Source of the DNA: Calditrichales bacterium | Lineage (GTDB): Bacteria > Calditrichota > Calditrichia > Calditrichales > J004 | Assembly: GCA_965267575.1 (NCBI GenBank) | Contig: OZ254086.1 | Span: 160,001-224,000 of the forward strand | Length of the DNA stretch: 64,000 nt | Direction of reading: 5' to 3' | Shown: in pieces, positions 58,319 through 64,000 of the stretch | Layout: each line of letters starts with the position of its first letter | How positions within the stretch are numbered: the first letter of the stretch is position 1 | Position numbers and translations under genes: made by a program | Notes under the pieces: generated by a model | What the model was told of the DNA's origin: nothing | Seen by the model: only the letters and a program-made list of their open reading frames with translations | Database searches by the model: none

Positions 58319-59080
58319 CTATTTTTGTGCGCTTTGAATAATCGGTACGAAGCTCTCTGCCTTCAGACAGGCACCGCCAACCAGCGCGCCGTCTATATCC
58401 GGCTGTCCCAACAAACTCTGTGCGTTTTCCGGTTTCACGCTGCCGCCGTATTGAATACGGATCTCTTCGGCCCTTTCTACGCCGAACTGCTTTTCAATCA
58501 GGCCGCGGATGTGGGCGTGCACTTCCTGCGCCTGCTCCGGCGTGGCCGTCTTGCCCGTCCCAATGGCCCAGACCGGTTCATAAGCAATGACGACATTGGC
58601 CATTTCATCCGGTGTAAGACCTTCAAAAGCACCTTCCACCTGGCGGGCAACCACCTTGTTTGTAACGCCTGATTCACGTTCTTCCAGCACCTCGCCCACA
58701 CAGACAATCGGCTTAAGACCCGCATTAAGCGCGGCACGGATGCGCTTGTTAACCGTTTCGTCGCTCTCGCCAAAATACTGGCGCCTTTCAGAGTGACCAA
58801 TGATAACGTATTCCGCGCCGGTGCTTTTTATCATCCCGGCACTCACTTCACCGGTAAAAGCCCCGCTGTCTTCCCAGTATACATTCTGCGCGCCAAGGGC
58901 CAGCGGACTATCCTTTATTACATCCTGCACCACGGAAAGCGCCGTAAACGGCGGGCACAGCACAATATCCACATCATCGATACCGGTTGTCTTTATTTTT
59001 ATCTGATTGGCCAGTTGCTGCGCTTCTTTATTGTCCTTGTGCAGCTTCCAGTTGCCGGCGATAATCGGCCTGCGTTTCAT
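58319..59080 (-). CDS. tpiA: triose-phosphate isomerase
   Basis: IAGNWK, GHSERR, AYEPVWAIGTG, YGGSV, LVGGA. Confidence 0.98.
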   Translation of the reverse strand: MKRRPIIAGNWKLHKDNKEAQQLANQIKIKTTGIDDVDIVLCPPFTALSVVQDVIKDSPLALGAQNVYWEDSGAFTGEVSAGMIKSTGAEYVIIGHSERRQYFGESDETVNKRIRAALNAGLKPIVCVGEVLEERESGVTNKVVARQVEGAFEGLTPDEMANVVIAYEPVWAIGTGKTATPEQAQEVHAHIRGLIEKQFGVERAEEIRIQYGGSVKPENAQSLLGQPDIDGALVGGACLKAESFVPIIQSAQK

Positions 59081-59237
59081 AAATCCTCCTATATTTCACC
59101 ACAACAAATTCATGATCAGAATTCTAGAGCCTGATCAGCTGAGAAATTCTTCACGCCTTTCAGAACAACAAACAGCGGCATGTCATCCCGTGCCTGCGAA
59201 GAATCTGCTTTTTCATGCCCATTATGGTGATTGTTTT

Positions 59238-60437
59238 CTATTTAGCGTCTGTTAATGCGGCTATGCCCGGAAGTTCCTTACCTTCCAAAAATTCCAGAGA
59301 TGCGCCGCCGCCGGTTGAAATATGCGAAAAGCCGTCTTCCAGATTAAACTTTACCACCGCCGCGGCACTGTCTCCGCCGCCTACAATACTGATGGCGCCG
59401 TTGGTGGTGGCTTCAACCATGGCCTCGGCGACACGCCGCGTGCCGTGCGCAAAATTGGGCATTTCAAAAACGCCCATCGGGCCATTCCAGACAATCGTGT
59501 TGGCTTTGCTGATTATCTCACCAAAGTGCTCGGCTGTTTTGGGGCCTATATCAAGGCCCATCATAAACGGCGCGATACTGTCCACATTAAAAATTTCCGT
59601 GCGCGTGTTGTTGTCGAACTCTTCCCCGGCAACGACATCAAGCGGCAGGTGTAGTTTTGATTCGCTGGATTCGGCCTTTTTCATGATCGATCCAGCCAGC
59701 TCGATTTTATCTTCTTCGAGAAGCGATTTACCAATCTCATACCCTTTAGCCTTAAAAAAAGTGTAGGCCATGCCACCTCCGATGATCAGATCATCCACCT
59801 TATCCAGCAGATTGGTGATCACATCAATCTTGCCGGAGATTTTAGCGCCGCCCAAAACGGCCACCAACGGGCGCTTCGGTTTTTCGATCGCTTCGCCGAG
59901 ATAGGCCAGTTCTTTTTCTATCAGGTAGCCGGCCAGCGACTTGTCAAAAAATTCGGTAACGCCGTGTGTGCTGGCATGAGCGCGGTGCGCTGTCCCGAAT
60001 GCATCGTTTACAAAAATGTCACAACCCTGCGCCAGATCACGGGCAAAATTTTCATCATTGTCCGTTTCTTCGTTGTGGAAACGCAGGTTTTCCAGCAGCA
60101 TTATGTTGCCGGCCTTGAGGTTCTTTTTTTGCTTCAACACCTCCTGGCCAATACAATCAGAGGCCATAAAAACGTCTTTTTTCAATAATTGCCCCAGACG
60201 CTCCGCAACCGGTTTCAGACGCATTTCTTCTACTACTTTGCCCTTGGGCCGGCCGAGGTGGCTGCACAAAACCGCTTTGCCGCCATCGCCAATAATTTTC
60301 TGTATGGTTTTCAGCGACATCACGATGCGGCGGTCGTCGGTTATCTGCTGATGCTCATCCAGCGGCACATTAAAATCACAGCGCACCAGTACCGTTTTGT
60401 CTTTAAAATTTTCATTTGCCACGGACAATTTGGCCAT
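59238..60437 (-). CDS. pgk: phosphoglycerate kinase
   Basis: DFNVP, SHLGRPKG, LLENLRF, NDAFGTAHRAHAS, WNGPMGVFE, STGGGASLEFLEGK. Confidence 0.98.
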   Translation of the reverse strand: MAKLSVANENFKDKTVLVRCDFNVPLDEHQQITDDRRIVMSLKTIQKIIGDGGKAVLCSHLGRPKGKVVEEMRLKPVAERLGQLLKKDVFMASDCIGQEVLKQKKNLKAGNIMLLENLRFHNEETDNDENFARDLAQGCDIFVNDAFGTAHRAHASTHGVTEFFDKSLAGYLIEKELAYLGEAIEKPKRPLVAVLGGAKISGKIDVITNLLDKVDDLIIGGGMAYTFFKAKGYEIGKSLLEEDKIELAGSIMKKAESSESKLHLPLDVVAGEEFDNNTRTEIFNVDSIAPFMMGLDIGPKTAEHFGEIISKANTIVWNGPMGVFEMPNFAHGTRRVAEAMVEATTNGAISIVGGGDSAAAVVKFNLEDGFSHISTGGGASLEFLEGKELPGIAALTDAK

Positions 60438-60495
60438 GGTTATTCCTCCTTATAATCAACAAAGGGCTACCCCTTAGGATAGCCCTTGCGGCGTT

Positions 60496-61497
60496 TTACA
60501 GGTTTGCCATTTTCTTAATCAGATCCTTGGTGCGGCAGGAGTAACCCCATTCGTTGTCGTACCAGGAAATCACTTTCACAAAATTGCCGTCCAGAACGGA
60601 CGTGGAAAGCGAATCAAAAATGCTGGAGTGCGGGTTATCGATTATATCCACCGATACCAGCGGCTCATCACTGTACTCTAGAACACCTTTCATGGGACCC
60701 TCGGCTGCTTTTTTCATCGCGGCGTTGATCTCTTCGGCCGTGGCGTTTTTATTCAGCTCAACCACAAGGTCAACCACGGAACCGTCACTTACCGGAACGC
60801 GCATGGCCATGCCATCCAGTTTGCCGTTCAGTTCAGGGATCACTTTACCAACGGCACGGGCGGCACCCGTTGTTGTAGGAATAATACTTACGGCGGCAGC
60901 ACGTGCACGGCGCAGGTCGCTGTGCGGCAAATCGAGGATTTGCTGGTCATTTGTGTAAGCGTGCGTTGTTGTCATCAGGCCGCGCTTGATGCCGAATGTC
61001 TCGTGCAGCACTTTGGCAACAGGAGCCAGACAGTTGGTTGTACAGGAAGCGTTGGAAACAATGCGGTCGGAAGCTTTAAGCGTATCATCGTTAACACCAA
61101 GAACAACGGTATTATCAATTTCGTCTTTGGCCGGTACGGTCAAGATCACTTTTTTTGCACCTGCGTTGAGGTGGTTCTCAATCTGCGATCTTTTTCTGAA
61201 CACGCCGGTTGACTCCACAACCACATCTACATTAAGATCTTTCCACGGCAGGTTGGCCGGATCACGCTCGGCCATTACTTTCACTTTCCAGTCGCCGGCT
61301 ATCAGGCTGTCGCCTTCATGGCGTACAGGATGCGGGTAGCGGCCGTGAACGGAGTCATATTTTAAAAGATGGGCCAGTGTTTTTGCATCGGTAAGGTCGT
61401 TGATGGCAACAACCTGCATATCTTTGTCTTCCTGGCAGGCCTTAAAAACCAGACGACCGATACGTCCAAAACCGTTAATGGCAACGCGAATACTCAT
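60496..61497 (-). CDS. gap: type I glyceraldehyde-3-phosphate dehydrogenase
   Basis: [30 protein letters not shown]. Confidence 0.98.
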   Translation of the reverse strand: MSIRVAINGFGRIGRLVFKACQEDKDMQVVAINDLTDAKTLAHLLKYDSVHGRYPHPVRHEGDSLIAGDWKVKVMAERDPANLPWKDLNVDVVVESTGVFRKRSQIENHLNAGAKKVILTVPAKDEIDNTVVLGVNDDTLKASDRIVSNASCTTNCLAPVAKVLHETFGIKRGLMTTTHAYTNDQQILDLPHSDLRRARAAAVSIIPTTTGAARAVGKVIPELNGKLDGMAMRVPVSDGSVVDLVVELNKNATAEEINAAMKKAAEGPMKGVLEYSDEPLVSVDIIDNPHSSIFDSLSTSVLDGNFVKVISWYDNEWGYSCRTKDLIKKMANL

Positions 61498-61688
61498 GTG
61501 TAAGCTCCTTCATATTTAGGATTTTTAATGTCGTTTATTCCTCGTCTAAAAGAACGATAAATTAACTACTCCAAAAAGTTAAAGCAAGCAATCATTCGCT
61601 TTGTTTACAACAATCCAATGCCTTATCTTTCGGCATGCCTAACTTCAATAAAAATTGAGTTTTAAGGCACCAAAATCAAAGGGAACAC

Positions 61689-62999
61689 ATGTCACAACTC
61701 ATTCTTCGCAACGCGCTGATCGTAACCATGAATAAAAATGGTGATGTTTTCAGCGGCGACATACTTGTTAATAACGATCGCATTGCAGATGTTGCGCCAA
61801 ACATCCGTGTGCCCGGTGCAGCCATTTTTAACGCACAGAATTTGCTGGTGCTTCCCGGATTCGTACAAACACACATCCATTTGTGCCAGACACTTTTCCG
61901 CAACCTGGCCGATGACCTTTCGCTGCTGGACTGGCTGCGGCAAAAAATATGGCCCTACGAGGCGGCGCATACACCGGAAACGCTGCGCTTGAGTGCCCGA
62001 CTGGGTCTGGCAGAACTCATTCGCTGCGGAACCACCAGCATCATGGATATGGGAACGGTGCATCACCAGGATGTTATTTTTGAAGAGCTGGCCCAAAGCG
62101 GCATGCGCGCTTTTGCCGGCAAAACGATGATGGATTACGGACGCAGCGTAGCGGCGCTGGAAGAAAGTACAAAGTTCAGCCTGGATGAAAGCAATCGCCT
62201 GCAAAAAACATGGGATGGTTTTGACAACGGCCGTTTACGCTATGCCTACGCGCCGCGCTTTGCGCTTTCCTGCTCGGAAGAGTTGCTGCAGGAAGTAACC
62301 CGTCTGTGCCGCAGTCACAATACCCGTTTTCATACGCATGCCTCGGAAAACAGGCAGGAAATCGAATTGGTGCACAAGCGCTTTGGCAAACGCAACATCG
62401 AGGTGTTTGAAGGCCTGGGGGCGGCGGCGGACAATCTCTGCCTCGCGCATTGTATCTGGCTCAACGAAGCCGAAAAGGAGATCATGCGCGAGCGCGGCGT
62501 GCATGTGCTGCACTGCCCTTCCTCCAACCTTAAGCTGGCTTCGGGGATCGCGACCATCCCGGAATTACAGAAAATGGGCATCAATGTGTCGTTGGGTGCG
62601 GACGGTGCCCCCTGCAACAACAACCTCAATATTTTCCAGGAAATGCGGCTGGCGGCGCTGATACAAAAACCGCAACACGGGGCGGATTGCATGCCGGCAG
62701 AACAGGTGCTGCGTATGGCGACGATCGCAGGGGCCAAAGCGTTAGGCCTGGAAGGCGAAACGGGAAGCATCGAAAGCGGCAAAAAGGCCGATCTAACTTT
62801 TCTCAAATTAAATCAAGTTCATTCAATTCCATTCGACAATGTGTACTCAAAAATTGTATATTCCGCAAGCGCTCACGACGTATCGCACGTAATGATAAAC
62901 GGCACATGGGTCATGCAGGACAGAAAGCTGCTAACCATTGATGAGCCCGCGATCTATCGCGATATTGAAAAAAGCGTGCGCGCGGTAACCGGCACATAA
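61689..62999 (+). CDS. amidohydrolase (5'-deoxyadenosine / MTA-SAH deaminase family)
   Basis: PGFVQTHIHLCQ, HTHASE, AHCIWL, HCPSSNLKLASG, LGADGAPCNN. Confidence 0.88.
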   Translation: MSQLILRNALIVTMNKNGDVFSGDILVNNDRIADVAPNIRVPGAAIFNAQNLLVLPGFVQTHIHLCQTLFRNLADDLSLLDWLRQKIWPYEAAHTPETLRLSARLGLAELIRCGTTSIMDMGTVHHQDVIFEELAQSGMRAFAGKTMMDYGRSVAALEESTKFSLDESNRLQKTWDGFDNGRLRYAYAPRFALSCSEELLQEVTRLCRSHNTRFHTHASENRQEIELVHKRFGKRNIEVFEGLGAAADNLCLAHCIWLNEAEKEIMRERGVHVLHCPSSNLKLASGIATIPELQKMGINVSLGADGAPCNNNLNIFQEMRLAALIQKPQHGADCMPAEQVLRMATIAGAKALGLEGETGSIESGKKADLTFLKLNQVHSIPFDNVYSKIVYSASAHDVSHVMINGTWVMQDRKLLTIDEPAIYRDIEKSVRAVTGT

Positions 63000-63013
63000 A
63001 AACGGAGATCTCT

Positions 63014-63976
63014 ATGCCAAAGCTAAAAACCGCTATTTTGTTAGCCGCAATATTTGGCCTTATTTCCTGCGGAGGTACCAAAAAAGACGAAATCGATCTG
63101 GCAACGATTACCGATCAGGAACTGTTGGAAAAAAGTCGCACGGCCCTGCAGCAGGGGAACTACAAACGTGCTGTTGAACTGGACAGTCTTTTGCTTACCA
63201 ATTTCCCCACTTCCAACCTGCATATCGAAGCCCAGCTGAACATGGCTGAAGCTTACGGTTATTTGGAAAAATGGGAAAAGCAGTATGGATTGCTGCACAG
63301 GCTGGTTAAGGAAAACATTATCCCGGAGCAAGTACCACGTATCTACGTTCAGATGGGTAAATTCTACGAAAAGGCCGCGCGTTTCAATCCCGGAACGGTA
63401 AGCAGCGACACGGTGGATTATAAAAACGCGCTGAAATACTATGAACTGGCCCGTGTCTACCAGGACAGCGAAGACGCACAGGCCAAAGCCAGCGCTTTGT
63501 ATCGAAAAGCCCTGGTTCACGCCAAGCTTGGACAGACAACGGAAGCTATCGAATTATACCAGGAACTGGAACGCGTCTATCCCAGCACGAATTACTCTGT
63601 TCTGGCAAAGATCAAATTACAGGATCCCGCCGATACGGGCGAGCTGGCAATGACCGATTCGGCCATGACGGTTTACCGTGACCGCCTTGGTCTCGAAGAA
63701 AGCACCGCGGTTGAAGCAGAACAGCCTGTTGTTGAAGAAGCAGGGCCGCAGCAACCCGCCGCACAGGACGATGAGAACCTGGAGGGTTTGATAGAACAAA
63801 CCGCGCCCGGCGCAGCACAAGATGTTCCGGCTGACACAACGGCCGACACACCTTCTGAAACACCGGATGAAATGCCTGCGGAATCACCGGAAGAATTGCC
63901 AACGGAAGAAGCGCCTGCCGATACCGGCGCAACCCAGCCGCCCACAGCCGCACCGGATACCAGCGGAACATTTTAA
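63014..63976 (+). CDS. TPR lipoprotein with acidic Pro/Thr-rich C-terminal tail
   Basis: LISC lipobox; TPRs (LLTNFPTS, LERVYPST); low-complexity E/D/P/A/T tail. Confidence 0.75.
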   Translation: MPKLKTAILLAAIFGLISCGGTKKDEIDLATITDQELLEKSRTALQQGNYKRAVELDSLLLTNFPTSNLHIEAQLNMAEAYGYLEKWEKQYGLLHRLVKENIIPEQVPRIYVQMGKFYEKAARFNPGTVSSDTVDYKNALKYYELARVYQDSEDAQAKASALYRKALVHAKLGQTTEAIELYQELERVYPSTNYSVLAKIKLQDPADTGELAMTDSAMTVYRDRLGLEESTAVEAEQPVVEEAGPQQPAAQDDENLEGLIEQTAPGAAQDVPADTTADTPSETPDEMPAESPEELPTEEAPADTGATQPPTAAPDTSGTF

Positions 63977-64000
63977 AACAGAACAGGAATGTTGATCGCC

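Overview
Bacterial chromosomal window of moderately GC-rich backbone with AT-rich insertions. Secreted proteins with YPNPFNP-type C-terminal domains, a UpxY antiterminator and the gene styles suggest a Calditrichota/FCB-like organism (inference only). In order: (1) a surface-polysaccharide locus (wzc, ugd, wbpA-like, partial wbpB-like, upxY) carrying a translationally coupled module of a small RHH protein, a PHP phosphatase and two alkaline-phosphatase-superfamily proteins, beside a cysC-cysD-cysN PAPS-synthesis operon with no reductase genes; (2) lolA and ftsK; (3) an AT-rich island (ABM-like gene plus GlxA/AraC regulator) ending in an integron attC-like hairpin; (4) gcvT, plsY, recQ, a SIMPL gene and a frameshifted fatty-acid desaturase; (5) an AT-rich orphan PD-(D/E)XK nuclease gene bracketed by an exact 32-bp duplication of a terminator, then a REPIN-like element; (6) uvrA, two S8 peptidases, a sigma-54 response regulator, DUF72, SDR and Slt; (7) an operon of two pseudo-receiver/DUF4388 proteins and degenerate MglA/CvnD-like GTPase folds coupled to a transsulfuration gene; (8) RNA methyltransferases and a TPR-HTH protein; (9) a three-gene envelope operon (lipoprotein, helical-repeat protein, beta-barrel) under a clear sigma-54 promoter with paired palindromic upstream sites; (10) nrnA-like, PAP2, tRNA-Leu(GAG), secG, tpiA, pgk, gap, an amidohydrolase and a TPR lipoprotein. 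All calls come from motif recognition by eye; no database searches were run.
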